A DNA stretch of 64,000 nucleotides. Source: an uncultured archaeon (GTDB lineage: Archaea > Aenigmatarchaeota > Aenigmatarchaeia > CG10238-14 > SCSR01). How positions within the stretch are numbered: position 1 is the first letter of the stretch; every line of letters begins with the position of its first letter. Both the position numbers and the translations under genes were made by a program. Below the pieces are notes generated by a model. The model worked only from the letters and a program-made list of their open reading frames with translations. It was not told where the DNA came from and did no database searches. Below, in pieces: positions 30,173-41,655 of the stretch. Location: positions 7,433-71,432 of the forward strand of contig CAZMWU010000001.1 of assembly GCA_964570195.1 (NCBI GenBank), in the 5' to 3' direction.

Positions 30173-31174
30173 GTGGATAAATTAAGGTTTGCTATAGTCG
30201 GCTGCGGTAAGATGGGAAGCAGGAGAATAAATGTACTTAAAAACCATCCTGAGGCGAAAATAGTTGCTTTAGTAGACACAAATGAAGAAAAGGTTAAAAT
30301 TTTATCTACCGAACTAGGATGCGAATATTATGTGGATTATAAGGAAGCTTTTAAAAGAACTGATATAGACTGTGTTATTGTAGCCACTCCAAATAAGTTT
30401 CATGCTCCAATTACTATTGCTGGCTTGGAAAGCGGTAAACACGTGTGGTGCGAAAAACCTCTTGCTAGAAACCCTGTCGAAGCTAGGTCTATGGTTGACG
30501 CGGCAATAAGAACCAAAAATTTCCTTAAAACAGGGTCCAATATGAGATATTTCCCAAATTTTGTAAAGGCCAAAGAATTGGTTGACGGTCTTGGTATAGG
30601 TAGTTTGCTCTTTTTAAGAGGGTGGATAGGAAATAATGGACAACAACTAGAAGGCTGGTTTAAGGATATAGAACTCACTGGCGGTGGAACATATCTTGAC
30701 AATGGTTGTCATATGTTAGATCTTGTGAGATGGTTTCTTGGGGATGCTGAAAACTGTATAGGGCATGCATGGTCTAAACACTGGTCCAGTATGATAAACT
30801 CTGAAGATAATGCATTTGGTGTATACAAGTTTGCCAACGGGGGTAGCGCATTTGTCCACTCATCGTGGACAGACTGGAATGGATATGCTTATATAGAGAT
30901 TTATGGTACAACAGGGTTTATAATCGTCGATAGCAGAGGTCAAAACAATAAAACAATTTTTGGTGACAATAAAGGCGTTATACACGAATTTGATTTCGGC
31001 AATCTTCCTGTACAATCTTACAAACTAGAAGTCGACGACTATATCAAAGCGATAAAAGAAGGTAGACAACCAGTGGCTACAGGATACGATGGATTGCGTG
31101 CTGTGCAGATGGCTTGTGCGGTTTACGAGTCATCTAAAAATGACGGGAAAAGCGTAAAAATAGATTCTTTATAG
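30173..31174 (+). CDS. Gfo/Idh/MocA oxidoreductase
   Basis: GCGKMG, CEKP and GGG..LDNGCH motifs. Confidence 0.88.
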   Translation: MDKLRFAIVGCGKMGSRRINVLKNHPEAKIVALVDTNEEKVKILSTELGCEYYVDYKEAFKRTDIDCVIVATPNKFHAPITIAGLESGKHVWCEKPLARNPVEARSMVDAAIRTKNFLKTGSNMRYFPNFVKAKELVDGLGIGSLLFLRGWIGNNGQQLEGWFKDIELTGGGTYLDNGCHMLDLVRWFLGDAENCIGHAWSKHWSSMINSEDNAFGVYKFANGGSAFVHSSWTDWNGYAYIEIYGTTGFIIVDSRGQNNKTIFGDNKGVIHEFDFGNLPVQSYKLEVDDYIKAIKEGRQPVATGYDGLRAVQMACAVYESSKNDGKSVKIDSL

Positions 31175-31187
31175 TCTATTAATTATT

Positions 31188-31799
31188 GTGAAACAAATGA
31201 AAGAAACCCCTATTTTCGATTGGGATTCTGAATGGATGACTTTTAAAGGACTTAATTTTTTTGGCAGGTTACTTTATAATGATATTGAAAAAACTTTAAA
31301 CTCATTTTTGAAACAAAATAATTTAAATAAAAATATTACTGTTCTTGATTTCGGTTGCGGAAAAGGCACTACACTAAATATTTTCAGAAAACTAGGTTAC
31401 AGGAACTCGATCGGTACAGACACAAGCAAATTTGCTTTAGAGTTGTGTAACAAGCTTTATGGATTCAAACTTGGCAAAGACGTTTTTCTGTCTAATGACA
31501 AGCATGTCAATCAAAAATTTGATCTTGTTATAGCAGATGGGTTAATGGAACTATATAAAAACATAGCAAACATATCCAAAGAAATCAGCAAAAAAACGAG
31601 AAAATATATTGTTCTTATAGAACCTAACAGGTTTTCATTTATGCATAATCTAAAAAGACTATTGGGGAGAAACTCTAAAATGTATTCACATCGTCTAGGT
31701 GAAATAAAATATATCTTCAAAAATATTGGATTTGAGACTATTCGCGTAGGAAATTGTAACTTTAGTGAACATTGGGTAATATTTCTTGAAAGGAAATGA
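31188..31799 (+). CDS. Class I SAM methyltransferase
   Basis: VLDFGCGKG motif. Confidence 0.8.
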   Translation: MKQMKETPIFDWDSEWMTFKGLNFFGRLLYNDIEKTLNSFLKQNNLNKNITVLDFGCGKGTTLNIFRKLGYRNSIGTDTSKFALELCNKLYGFKLGKDVFLSNDKHVNQKFDLVIADGLMELYKNIANISKEISKKTRKYIVLIEPNRFSFMHNLKRLLGRNSKMYSHRLGEIKYIFKNIGFETIRVGNCNFSEHWVIFLERK

Positions 31800-31803
31800 T
31801 TTA

Positions 31804-32895
31804 ATGAAAATAGCTCTAGTCAATAATAGTCATCCATTCTCTGGAATGGGTAAATACGCATTTAATCTGTTAAATTCTTACATGCGACAAAAAAAATCTG
31901 TAGAAATGTTTTATCTTGAAACTCCGGATAATAAAATCAAATCCCTAAACGGGGTTAATAAAATCCAAAGAAATTTAGGTTCGATTGAATTGAATAAAAC
32001 CCTTTTACCTTATTTTATCTTCCCCAAAAAAATACCAGAAGGTTACAATGTCTACCACGCTACAAATCAGTTTCTTGCGAGACTGGCGTTATACAAACCT
32101 CGTTGCGTGATAACGCATCATGATATACGACCAATTATATTGTCACATGATCTTAAAATGTGGATGGTCGGCAGAGTTTTAAGATATTTGTTGAAATCGT
32201 ATAAAAAAGCACATAAAATAATAGCAATAGCAGATGTTATAAAGGAGGATTTACTCAAGTTAAAAATCATTCCCGAAGAAAAAATTACTATTGTATATCA
32301 CGGATACGATAAAGGTTTATACAAACCCATGTCAAAAAAATCAGCTAGGAAAAAATTGGGATTGCCACAAGATATCAAGATATTATTGAATGTAGGTGCA
32401 GAAGAACCAATTAAGAATATACCTCTTTTGTTGGAGGCTACACGGATAATTCAAAAAGTTGAAAAAGTCTTGTTGGTAAGAGTTGGTGGAGGTATTACTT
32501 CTGGTGGTTATTGGAAAACGTCAGAATCCCTTAAAACAGGGATTGACATTAAAGAGTTTAAGAATGTATCAGAAAAGGATATGCCACTCATCTATAATGC
32601 GGCTGATGTTTTCATCGCACCATATACATATGATGAAGGTTTCATGTTTCCACCTTTAGAATCCATGGCGTGCGGTGTACCAACTGTGCTATCTAATCTT
32701 AAAACATTTGAACAGGGAAGTATAAGGGCGCCAAACGATCCACAGGGACTTGCTGAAGTAGTTTTAAAAATATTAAACAATTCTTTATTACATAGGAAAC
32801 TATCTAGAAAGGCTCTTAAAATGGCTGAAAGATTTTCAATGGAAACCCACCTTAAAAATACTTATCGGGTTTATGAAGAGGTAAGTAAGAAGTGA
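31804..32895 (+). CDS. GT4 glycosyltransferase
   Basis: KNIP and EGFMFPPLESMACGVP motifs. Confidence 0.88.
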   Translation: MKIALVNNSHPFSGMGKYAFNLLNSYMRQKKSVEMFYLETPDNKIKSLNGVNKIQRNLGSIELNKTLLPYFIFPKKIPEGYNVYHATNQFLARLALYKPRCVITHHDIRPIILSHDLKMWMVGRVLRYLLKSYKKAHKIIAIADVIKEDLLKLKIIPEEKITIVYHGYDKGLYKPMSKKSARKKLGLPQDIKILLNVGAEEPIKNIPLLLEATRIIQKVEKVLLVRVGGGITSGGYWKTSESLKTGIDIKEFKNVSEKDMPLIYNAADVFIAPYTYDEGFMFPPLESMACGVPTVLSNLKTFEQGSIRAPNDPQGLAEVVLKILNNSLLHRKLSRKALKMAERFSMETHLKNTYRVYEEVSKK

Positions 32896-32899
32896 TTTA

Positions 32900-34003
32900 A
32901 TGATATCAATAGGAGAGCCAGCACTTGATAATGAAGAATTGGAGAATGTAACTAATGCAATCAAAACAAATTGGATATCAGGTCGTGGCGAATACATTTC
33001 TGAATTTGAAGAAAAGTTCAGTAGATTCTGTAATGCAAGTTTTGGTGTTGCCACTTGTAATGGAACTGCTGCAATACACCTCGCACTAGCAAGTATTGGT
33101 ATTAAAAGCGGAGACGAAGTTATCACTCCAACATTTACTACTGTAGCATCAACCAATCCAATACTCCAATGTGGAGGGAGACCTATGTTTATAGACTCTG
33201 ACAATTCGACATGGAATATCGACCCGAATAAAATAGAAGAAAAAATAACTAAAGCCACAAAGGCCATAATGGTTGTGCATCTTTATGGACACCCGTGCGA
33301 CATGGATCCTATCATGAAAATAGCAAACGATCATAATCTTTTAGTAATAGAAGATGCGGCCGAAGCTCACGGAGCTGAGTATAAAGGAAAGAAAGTTGGA
33401 ACTATAGGAGATATAGGGTGTTTCTCCTTCTTTTCCAATAAGATAATTACTACCGGTGAAGGTGGTATGATAATCACGAATAATAAAGAATTGGCAGAGA
33501 CAGCCGCAAATTTAAGAGACCTTGCCTATGGAAAAGGTGATAAGAAATTTCACCATGAGAAAATCGGTTTTAATTACAGAATGACAAACTTACAAGCTGC
33601 TATAGGGGTTGCCCAGATGGATAAAATAGAAAAATTCATTGATATAAGGAGAAAAAATGCAAAAATATACGGTTCTTTACTGAAAGACATCGAGGGTATA
33701 ACACTGCCACCGGAAATGCCATGGGCTAAAAATGTCTATTGGATGTATACTATATTAATTGAAAAATTGTTTGGTCTCGACAGAGACAATCTGATTAAAT
33801 TATTGAAAGAAATGGGGATAGATACAAGACCAACTTTTTATCCTGTACATTTACAACCAATATACCAACAATTATTCGGTAGCCAAAAACTGCCTGTGGC
33901 AGAAGAACTGAGTATCAAGGGTATAAATTTGCCCTCTGGCAATACCTTAACAAAAGAACAAATAGAGTTTGTTTGTGAAAGTATAAAACAATTTAAAAAT
34001 TAA
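32900..34003 (+). CDS. DegT-family aminotransferase (perosamine synthase-like)
   Basis: NGTAAIHLAL, EDAAEAHG and SFFSNKIITTGEGG motifs. Confidence 0.92.
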   Translation: MISIGEPALDNEELENVTNAIKTNWISGRGEYISEFEEKFSRFCNASFGVATCNGTAAIHLALASIGIKSGDEVITPTFTTVASTNPILQCGGRPMFIDSDNSTWNIDPNKIEEKITKATKAIMVVHLYGHPCDMDPIMKIANDHNLLVIEDAAEAHGAEYKGKKVGTIGDIGCFSFFSNKIITTGEGGMIITNNKELAETAANLRDLAYGKGDKKFHHEKIGFNYRMTNLQAAIGVAQMDKIEKFIDIRRKNAKIYGSLLKDIEGITLPPEMPWAKNVYWMYTILIEKLFGLDRDNLIKLLKEMGIDTRPTFYPVHLQPIYQQLFGSQKLPVAEELSIKGINLPSGNTLTKEQIEFVCESIKQFKN

Positions 34004-34007
34004 AATT

Positions 34008-34928
34008 TTAGAACAGTCTTCTTAATGCATATTCTAGTGCAAATCTTGCAGCAAAACTAATTCCTTTATATCCCAGTTCTGTAGGTAATCTGCCGTCGTT
34101 CAAGGCACTTCTTATTTGGTCACCATTAGAAAAAACGATAAATCCAACATGTTCCCATGCGTCTCTTGCTTTTGTCCATTCTCCTCCTTCACGAAACCAT
34201 TCAGAATCTTGTCTAATGCGAGTTTCAAATACGATATCCGTATTACCAAAATTGCTCGCATCTGTTACAATACCAACTAGTTCTTTATTTACAATATCTT
34301 TTGGTTTAACATCTGTTTCTTCATACAGTTCTCTATCCACACCTTTAAACAAACTACGTGTACCTATGCAATAAGATGGAGTCTTTAGTCGCTTAATTAT
34401 ATAATCAAGATTTCTACTTTCCCAATTCGGTATAGCGTCTTCGAAACCAGCAACTAGATGCAAAAACAATGGTAATCCCATCATTTTACCATCTTTTCTG
34501 TATGCGGCTCTTATTGGTAGAGCTAGTTTACTATCACTTGTTATTAATATGTTAGCTGGGCCGACAGGCAGTGAGAAAAAAGCTTTGGGATCACCAAAGT
34601 ATCTTTTACCAAATTCCATTTTTCTACTAACTTCATAACTGTCTTTTGGTATATCATACCAGCTTACAATCCCTAATTGTAACTTTAATTTCCCATCTTC
34701 TCGGATTTGATGGCCTCTATAAGTAACTTTAAGATCACCTGGCGTCATTTGTCCTACAGTCAATAATTCAACAAGTCTATTTGACCAGATATCAAACGAT
34801 AAAACTGGCGACTGTTTTCTAACACACGTAACTTCATCTCTAGAATATGCTCTCAAATCTTCCCATCTGCGTTCAGGGAGCCAGATATATGTTTTTTGCA
34901 ATAATCCTTTTTCTTCCAGTTCGAACAT
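34008..34928 (-). CDS. Hypothetical protein with degenerate Nudix-like box
   Basis: AGF.D....RELYEETDV. Confidence 0.5.
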   Translation of the reverse strand: MFELEEKGLLQKTYIWLPERRWEDLRAYSRDEVTCVRKQSPVLSFDIWSNRLVELLTVGQMTPGDLKVTYRGHQIREDGKLKLQLGIVSWYDIPKDSYEVSRKMEFGKRYFGDPKAFFSLPVGPANILITSDSKLALPIRAAYRKDGKMMGLPLFLHLVAGFEDAIPNWESRNLDYIIKRLKTPSYCIGTRSLFKGVDRELYEETDVKPKDIVNKELVGIVTDASNFGNTDIVFETRIRQDSEWFREGGEWTKARDAWEHVGFIVFSNGDQIRSALNDGRLPTELGYKGISFAARFALEYALRRLF

Positions 34929-35044
34929 ATCGATAGTAGCTCTACTAAATTTTATAAATCAATCAGATAGAATATTGTAAAACTCTATAATTTGTTAGTA
35001 TATAAATCTTTCTGCTTTAATAAAAATGTAACCAAACTGATACT

Positions 35045-35773
35045 ATGAATTTTGATGAAATACGAGAGATAGCGAAAGCAGCAATAACTCCAGAATACGG
35101 TGCATATTACATTGCTAGTAACCTCAACTGGCTGAGATACGAAAAACAACTAAATGAACTAGTTAGATTCATACCGAAAAATTCCAAGATTTTGGATATA
35201 GGATGTGGATTAGGGATGACAGTTTCTATGATAAAAGCAAGTGTACCTGATTCAGAAGTTATAGGCATAGACATAACTCAAAAATCTACATGGGAAGCTT
35301 ATGAAAAACAATTTAATGTAAAATATTTTGTTGACGACGCGCTAAACCTACAATTTAATGATGAGGAATTTGACATCGTGGTTTCATTTGGTGTTATAGA
35401 ACATGTAACAGATGATAAAAAGTTTATCAAAGAAAACCTGAGGATTTTGAAAAGTGGAGGAATGGGATTTATTTTAAACATACCTAATAGGTATTCAATG
35501 AACGAATATCTGGCCAAGAGATTAGGTCTTAATTCACATGATATAAGATATAATATGCAACAAATTCAACATATTCTACATTCAGCCAGAATAAAAAATT
35601 TCGTTATAAAGAGAAGATTTCTAATACCAGCCCAAGTAAATAGAATCAACTATTCTTTAGGAGAACTTTTTAATAAGTTCTATATTGAATTAGACTTTCT
35701 TGATAGAGTGTTAAGTAAATTACCAACTGGAGTTTTTTCACAAGTATTTGATGTATTTTACAAGAAGGATTAA
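35045..35773 (+). CDS. Class I SAM methyltransferase
   Basis: ILDIGCGLG, VIEHV and RILKSGG motifs. Confidence 0.88.
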   Translation: MNFDEIREIAKAAITPEYGAYYIASNLNWLRYEKQLNELVRFIPKNSKILDIGCGLGMTVSMIKASVPDSEVIGIDITQKSTWEAYEKQFNVKYFVDDALNLQFNDEEFDIVVSFGVIEHVTDDKKFIKENLRILKSGGMGFILNIPNRYSMNEYLAKRLGLNSHDIRYNMQQIQHILHSARIKNFVIKRRFLIPAQVNRINYSLGELFNKFYIELDFLDRVLSKLPTGVFSQVFDVFYKKD

Positions 35774-37912
35774 ATGTTAGAGAATTACAACAATTTGAAA
35801 AGTGTACTTCCCACGATTATCAAAACTATATTAATATTACTGGGTCTAGCTTCTATAATTTTTCTAGGAGTTTATATAAGAAGTAGTACCCTTAGCTCAC
35901 CAACTGTTTTAGATTATGATCCTTGGTATTTTTATCGATATGCAGAAGATATTGTTGAGAATGGATATAAACTATTTAAATGGGACGGATTGACTTACTA
36001 TCCACCAGGACGCCCTACAGATATTTACTTAGGATGGTCTTATACAATTGCAATTTTTTATAAAATATTACATTCAATTTTTGATAACATAACTCTAATG
36101 CAAGTAGCTAAATTAGCACCATTAATAATGGTAGGTATAACACCTGTATTTGCCTTCTTATTAGGTAGATTACTTTCAAACTCCTTAGGAGGGTTATTAA
36201 CAGCTTTATTTTCTGTGATTGCACCCACTTTCATAGGTGTATCTATGGCAGGTTATTCAGATTCTGATGTTGTTACAGTCTTTTACATGATTTTATCCAC
36301 ATTAACGATAATTGCAACAATAAGATACTCAAAAAATATACTGCTCTCAATACCCCTTTACTTTTTATCCGTCATTAGCGTTTTGTTATTTACTTTTAGT
36401 TGGAGTGCAGGTTGGCTACCTTTAATTTTGTTCATGGCATTTATACCTTCATTCATAACCTTCAGGATTTTTGAAGAAGTGATTCATCAAAGAAAATTAA
36501 AAATCAACATTAAAAGTGCACTGGCAGATACGAAACATGTGATAATTCCTCTTCTTATCATATTTCTGATAACAAACATTGTAGGATATTATCTCGGTTT
36601 TAGAACAATGTTCCACTCTTTACTAGGTGGATTAGCATTCGCTGGAATAGGTGGAGAAAGATTAATAGTCAACATTTCTGTTGCAGAACTCCAGACAGTC
36701 AATGTATTCACCAAAGAAGGGTTCCTGGCCATTGCACAACGTGTTGGTATGCTGTCTACAATAATGGCGCTTATAGGGATACCATTATTAGCGATTTATA
36801 AACTTTTTAGAAAGGAAAAAATCAATTTCGTTGAGATATTTTTATTTTTATGGACACTAGTCTCGTTTTACTTTATAATCAAAGGCATAAGGTTCTCACT
36901 ACTGTTCTCCATTTCTGCTTCACTTTCTACGGGTTATGTAATTGGTAATTTATATAACTACCTTAGGCATGTAAATATTTTGATATTTTCTACAATATTT
37001 GCAGTATTGGGCGTTTTTATTTTCGTAGCAATATCGAATTCAATACAAGTTGGATTTGCATCTGGCGGATTGGTAATAGGTCAAAATTGGTATGATGCAT
37101 TAGATTGGCTTAAACAAAATGCTGATAAAGATTCTTTGGTTGCAACGTGGTGGGATCCAGGTCATATCATTACAGGTTATACAGGATTAAAAGTTCACGC
37201 AGATGGGGCGCATTGTGGTGATGCATGTATACCATACAATCATAACACAAGGATAAGAGATATGGGTAGACTGATGACAACAGACAACGAAACAGAATCT
37301 ATAGAAATAATCCAAAAATATACACATTTGACTGATGAACAATGTGATACAATAAGAAAAACGTTTGGAGATATAGTTCCAAAAGACGCGTGTAAAGACG
37401 TCACAGAAACATATATTTTGGCAACCAGCGATTTGATAGGTAAATATTTCTGGATGAGTTGCTTTGGTAGTTTTGATATGAACTTATGGAAAGAAACTAA
37501 AGGTGACGAATGGAGATGCGATGGAAAAAATTTTGCTCAAGTACCGTTTTCTAATTTCGATCGACAAGGTTTACCGATATATTCGCAAGGTGGTCTTACG
37601 ATTACGCTGCTTCAGAACGGTACCGATTTATTAGCTGTACTCAATGCACCTGGGCAAGGCGTCCGTAATAGAGTAGTAAGTGACATAGTGTTTTATCAAA
37701 ATGGTCAGAGAATGCACTCCAAATCCTACTTTAATAATTCGGTAGATGGTATGGTCTGGATAGACCCAAGCTTTAGACTAATTTTATTCATGGATCCTAC
37801 AATAAGGGATTCTGTATTTACTAAAATGTTCTTTTTTGACGGTGAAGGTCTAGAAAACTTTGAGCTTATGTACCAGAACACAGAAGTCAAAATATATAAA
37901 GCGAAAATTTAG
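35774..37912 (+). CDS. aglB: Oligosaccharyltransferase (STT3 family)
   Basis: DYDPWY, DSD, SVAE, WWDPG (WWDxG) and DLIGK motifs. Confidence 0.93.
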   Translation: MLENYNNLKSVLPTIIKTILILLGLASIIFLGVYIRSSTLSSPTVLDYDPWYFYRYAEDIVENGYKLFKWDGLTYYPPGRPTDIYLGWSYTIAIFYKILHSIFDNITLMQVAKLAPLIMVGITPVFAFLLGRLLSNSLGGLLTALFSVIAPTFIGVSMAGYSDSDVVTVFYMILSTLTIIATIRYSKNILLSIPLYFLSVISVLLFTFSWSAGWLPLILFMAFIPSFITFRIFEEVIHQRKLKINIKSALADTKHVIIPLLIIFLITNIVGYYLGFRTMFHSLLGGLAFAGIGGERLIVNISVAELQTVNVFTKEGFLAIAQRVGMLSTIMALIGIPLLAIYKLFRKEKINFVEIFLFLWTLVSFYFIIKGIRFSLLFSISASLSTGYVIGNLYNYLRHVNILIFSTIFAVLGVFIFVAISNSIQVGFASGGLVIGQNWYDALDWLKQNADKDSLVATWWDPGHIITGYTGLKVHADGAHCGDACIPYNHNTRIRDMGRLMTTDNETESIEIIQKYTHLTDEQCDTIRKTFGDIVPKDACKDVTETYILATSDLIGKYFWMSCFGSFDMNLWKETKGDEWRCDGKNFAQVPFSNFDRQGLPIYSQGGLTITLLQNGTDLLAVLNAPGQGVRNRVVSDIVFYQNGQRMHSKSYFNNSVDGMVWIDPSFRLILFMDPTIRDSVFTKMFFFDGEGLENFELMYQNTEVKIYKAKI

Positions 37913-37918
37913 TGATTT

Positions 37919-38167
37919 ATGATGAAATTACCTTTTTTAAAACTCAAAGGAAAAGACAGACTAGAAACCATGGAAAACTATTCTATATTATTTATTTTCA
38001 TAGGTGCCATGATTCTTTCAGTCGGAATAGGTCTTAATATAATTAGTACACGAGGCCCAAGTGCAATTTTGTCTATGTTCGGTGCTTTAATCAGTTTTAT
38101 TTCAACGATTGTCTTGATTGTTGTTTGGAGTCTGAAAGAATTTAAAAAAGAATCCAGTGAAAAATAA
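37919..38167 (+). CDS. Small two-TM membrane protein
   Basis: 82 aa with two hydrophobic helices, 6 nt after aglB. Confidence 0.65.
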   Translation: MMKLPFLKLKGKDRLETMENYSILFIFIGAMILSVGIGLNIISTRGPSAILSMFGALISFISTIVLIVVWSLKEFKKESSEK

Positions 38168-38198
38168 GGTTTTATATTAAGAAACAATAATCTTAGTT

Positions 38199-38405
38199 AT
38201 GATAAATATCTTACCAAGACTCCCTTTTGAGAGAATTCTTAAAAAAGTAGGTGCCAAAAGAGTATCTCAAGATGCTCTAGACGAATTCGCAATGATAATG
38301 GAGGAAAAACTTATGACCATCGCAAAAGAAGCTACGGCATTAGCAAAACATGCCGGCAGAAAAACACTTATAGACGATGATATCAGATTATCTAGAAACA
38401 AATAA
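38199..38405 (+). CDS. Archaeal histone (HMf family)
   Basis: LP..PF.RI.K..GA.RVS.DA...AKHAGRKT...DI pattern. Confidence 0.92.
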   Translation: MINILPRLPFERILKKVGAKRVSQDALDEFAMIMEEKLMTIAKEATALAKHAGRKTLIDDDIRLSRNK

Positions 38406-38438
38406 CATATATTTTAAATTAAATAACATAATCAATGC

Positions 38439-39452
38439 ATGGATTTCGACATTCTTGTCGCAGAATTAGAGAATAAAACTAGCCTTAAAAAAGATGATAT
38501 ATTAAATCTCGTTAATAAGAAATACTTGGAAATGAAGGATTTGATAACGAAGGAAGGTGCTGTATACTTGATAGCTAGAGAGTTTGATGTAAACCTACCA
38601 GAAAATTCAAGTGGGAGAGTTCCCATCCGGAATATCATGCCTGGGATGAGAAACGTGAATATAATTGGCAGGATTTTCAAAATATCTAAAATCAATGAAT
38701 TCATCAAGTCAAACGGAATTGCAGGAAGAGTGGCCAACATTTTTGTCGGTGACAATACAGGATTTGTTAGAGTCCCACTGTGGGACGAGCAAGTTAAATT
38801 GTTGGAAGATAGTACTATCTCCATTGGGGATGCGATACGGGTAAGCAACGGAATTGCTCGAGAGAATGCATTCGGCGATGTGGAGATTGCTTTAGGTAAG
38901 TTCGGCGCAATAAATGCTATAGAAGATTATGTAGAATTACCATCGGCAGAGGATTTACTAAAAATGTCTTTTAACATCTCCCCAGAGAGGGCACTTATAT
39001 CAAATATAGTATCAGGTGGTAATTTCGAAATAAAAGGAGCTGTTGTACAGATTTTCAAAGGGAATTTTATATTCAGTGTGTGTCCGATGTGCGACAACAA
39101 GGTTGAAGGTAATAACTGCATTGAACATGGTGATGTGAATCCTAGCCATAAACTGGTTCTTTCATTCGTTCTCGATGATAGTACTGATGATTTAAGATGT
39201 GTTTTATTTAGAGAAATCGCAGAGAGGGCGTGTAATGTAACACCAGAAGAGTTAACCGAACTCAACCTAGAAGAAAGATACCAACTATTATGTAACAAAC
39301 TTCTTGGCAGAGAACTGATATTATCAGGAAAGGTTAAAAAAAACAAATTATATGACAGATTGGAAATGATGGTAGGCGACTTTAAATCTATAAATCCTTT
39401 AGAAGAGAGTAAGAAATTAGTCGACGAATTGGAATTAATGGTTGGTGCTTAG
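38439..39452 (+). CDS. rpa: Replication protein A (OB folds plus Zn finger)
   Basis: GDNTGFVRVPLW OB motif, CPMC...C..H and DDST..LR. Confidence 0.85.
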   Translation: MDFDILVAELENKTSLKKDDILNLVNKKYLEMKDLITKEGAVYLIAREFDVNLPENSSGRVPIRNIMPGMRNVNIIGRIFKISKINEFIKSNGIAGRVANIFVGDNTGFVRVPLWDEQVKLLEDSTISIGDAIRVSNGIARENAFGDVEIALGKFGAINAIEDYVELPSAEDLLKMSFNISPERALISNIVSGGNFEIKGAVVQIFKGNFIFSVCPMCDNKVEGNNCIEHGDVNPSHKLVLSFVLDDSTDDLRCVLFREIAERACNVTPEELTELNLEERYQLLCNKLLGRELILSGKVKKNKLYDRLEMMVGDFKSINPLEESKKLVDELELMVGA

Positions 39453-40403
39453 TTGGCAAAAAAAACTGAAATAAACCTAGGAGATATACCTGGTATAGGC
39501 GAGAAAACCATCGAGAAACTAAAGGGTATAGGATATGCCGATCCTATGGTCATTGCTGTTTCGTCGCCTACAGAATTGGCTAATATTGCAGAAATAGGAG
39601 AACCCACTGCGGCGAAAATAATAAGCGCAATAAGAGAAAAACTTGACATCGGTTATGAAACTGCCGACAAAATTCTTGAAAAGAGAACAAGTGTAGCAAA
39701 AATAACAACCGGAAGCAGTAATTTGGATAACCTCTTAGGAGGTGGCGTAGAAACGCAAGCCATCACAGAAGCTTATGGTCAGTACGGCTCCGGTAAAAGC
39801 CAATTAGCTTTCCAATTAGCTGTGTCGGTTCAGTTGCCGAAAGACAAAGGTGGATTAGATGGATCATGCCTTTTTATAGATACAGAAAACACATTCAGAC
39901 CGGAGAGAATTGTTCAAATTGCCAGAGCGATGAAACTAGAGCCAGAAAAGGTTTTAAGAAACATCTATGTCGCTAGGGCATTCAACACAGAGCATCAGAT
40001 ATTGCTGGTGGAAAAAGCACCAGAGATGATAGAGGAGAAAAAGATTAAATTGGTAATCGTGGATTCTCTAACTTCACATTTCAGATCAGATTTCGTCGGC
40101 AGAGGCGAACTGGCAGGAAGACAACAAAAATTAAACCGCCATCTGCACCAACTTCTCCGTCTGGCAGACGCTTATAATCTCGCGATTTATATCACAAACC
40201 AAGTTATGTCAGATCCTGCAATGCTTTTTGGAGACCCGACTCGTCCTGTCGGCGGGAATATTCTGGGGCACATGTCTACATACCGTCTTTACTTACGAAG
40301 AGGAAAGGAAGGGACAAGAATTTGTAAAGTTATTGATGCTCCAAATCTACAAGAAGGTGAAGCTGTTTTTAGGATTACTGAAAATGGACTAGCAAATACC
40401 TAA
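39453..40403 (+). CDS. radA: DNA repair/recombination protein RadA
   Basis: HhH N-terminus, [20 protein letters not shown] and RQQKLN motifs. Confidence 0.97.
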   Translation: MAKKTEINLGDIPGIGEKTIEKLKGIGYADPMVIAVSSPTELANIAEIGEPTAAKIISAIREKLDIGYETADKILEKRTSVAKITTGSSNLDNLLGGGVETQAITEAYGQYGSGKSQLAFQLAVSVQLPKDKGGLDGSCLFIDTENTFRPERIVQIARAMKLEPEKVLRNIYVARAFNTEHQILLVEKAPEMIEEKKIKLVIVDSLTSHFRSDFVGRGELAGRQQKLNRHLHQLLRLADAYNLAIYITNQVMSDPAMLFGDPTRPVGGNILGHMSTYRLYLRRGKEGTRICKVIDAPNLQEGEAVFRITENGLANT

Positions 40404-40942
40404 TTTATAAAGTTTACTATCGAACCGAAAAATTGGACGAATATCATGGAATTTATTATACTATTTCCTATCACATAGGGCAACTCTTTACCAAACCTTT
40501 CATTCTCGCCAATAAATGTGAAAACCAGACTTAGTAAATTTATCCCAACAATGAAAGACACCCCTAAAGGTCCAATTATTCCGGCTCCCAAAACACCCGA
40601 GAGCACACCTAATAAAATATATTCAGGTATCACCCATGCTAAATAAGCTCCGATGTAATAGCGTCCTACTATAAAATGGGGCAATAGAATAGCAGATGCG
40701 TATATACCGCCAACCACAGGGCCGTATACCACTCCTACGAGCATGGTCGATAATGTGACCAATTCTATCCCGATGTATTTCAACGGTTGCAAAAATCCGA
40801 GTAGTACAGCCACTAGAATAGTTGTCAGAATTATGATCAAAAAGAAGAAAACTTTCTCTAGGAATATAAGCAGTATAGCCAGTAACAAAGCTACAGATCC
40901 AATTGCATAAATTCTCCAATTCATTCTCGGTAGATTTATCAT
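40400..40942 (-). CDS. Hypothetical multi-TM protein (ECF S-component-like)
   Basis: About 6 hydrophobic helices; YGPVVGG. Confidence 0.55.
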   Translation of the reverse strand: MINLPRMNWRIYAIGSVALLLAILLIFLEKVFFFLIIILTTILVAVLLGFLQPLKYIGIELVTLSTMLVGVVYGPVVGGIYASAILLPHFIVGRYYIGAYLAWVIPEYILLGVLSGVLGAGIIGPLGVSFIVGINLLSLVFTFIGENERFGKELPYVIGNSIINSMIFVQFFGSIVNFIN

Positions 40943-40973
40943 TATTTAAATATTCGAGAACAGCTTTTAATTC

Positions 40974-41609
40974 ATGCAGGTTTTGTACCAAGGTGCAGAA
41001 AGTCGCATATATCTTGACATGTTTGATGGACAAGAGGTAATAATTAAAGAAAGAGTGGTCAAAGGTTATAGAATAAAACAATTAGACGAAGAATTGAGGA
41101 AATTGCGTACCAGAAAAGAAGTCAAATTACTGACAGAAATTAGGAAACTTGGGATACCCACGCCCAAAATTTTCAGCGTCGATGAAAATAACCACAAGAT
41201 AATAATGGAAAATATCACAGGAAATAGGCTAAAGGAATATCTTAATTCAGCTACAGTCGATGCCGTAAAACAGGTTTGTCTCCAACTTGGGAAGCAAATA
41301 GGAAAATTGCATTCAAATAATATAGTGCATGGAGATTTGACGACTTCTAACATGATTCTGAAGGACAATCAGATATATTTTATCGACCTTAGTCTCGGAG
41401 AGTTTACACGGCGAATAGAGGACAAAGCTGTGGATATGAGACTGTTAAAAGAGGCATTAAAGTCAACACATTTCAAGATTTTTGATGAAGCGTGGGGCAA
41501 TATTCTGGTTGGATATAAGGAAGTGTACAAAGATGTTGGTGCAGTGATCACCCAACTAAAAGAAATTGAGAAAAGAGCAAGATATGCAAATAGAGAAAAT
41601 CCTTTATAA
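40974..41609 (+). CDS. bud32: KEOPS complex kinase Bud32
   Basis: QGAES, K.R..K.YR, HGDLTTSN and FIDL motifs. Confidence 0.93.
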   Translation: MQVLYQGAESRIYLDMFDGQEVIIKERVVKGYRIKQLDEELRKLRTRKEVKLLTEIRKLGIPTPKIFSVDENNHKIIMENITGNRLKEYLNSATVDAVKQVCLQLGKQIGKLHSNNIVHGDLTTSNMILKDNQIYFIDLSLGEFTRRIEDKAVDMRLLKEALKSTHFKIFDEAWGNILVGYKEVYKDVGAVITQLKEIEKRARYANRENPL

Positions 41610-41655
41610 ATCTAAAGAAATATAAGTTTTTCTAAAACAATTGAATAGTGAAATC

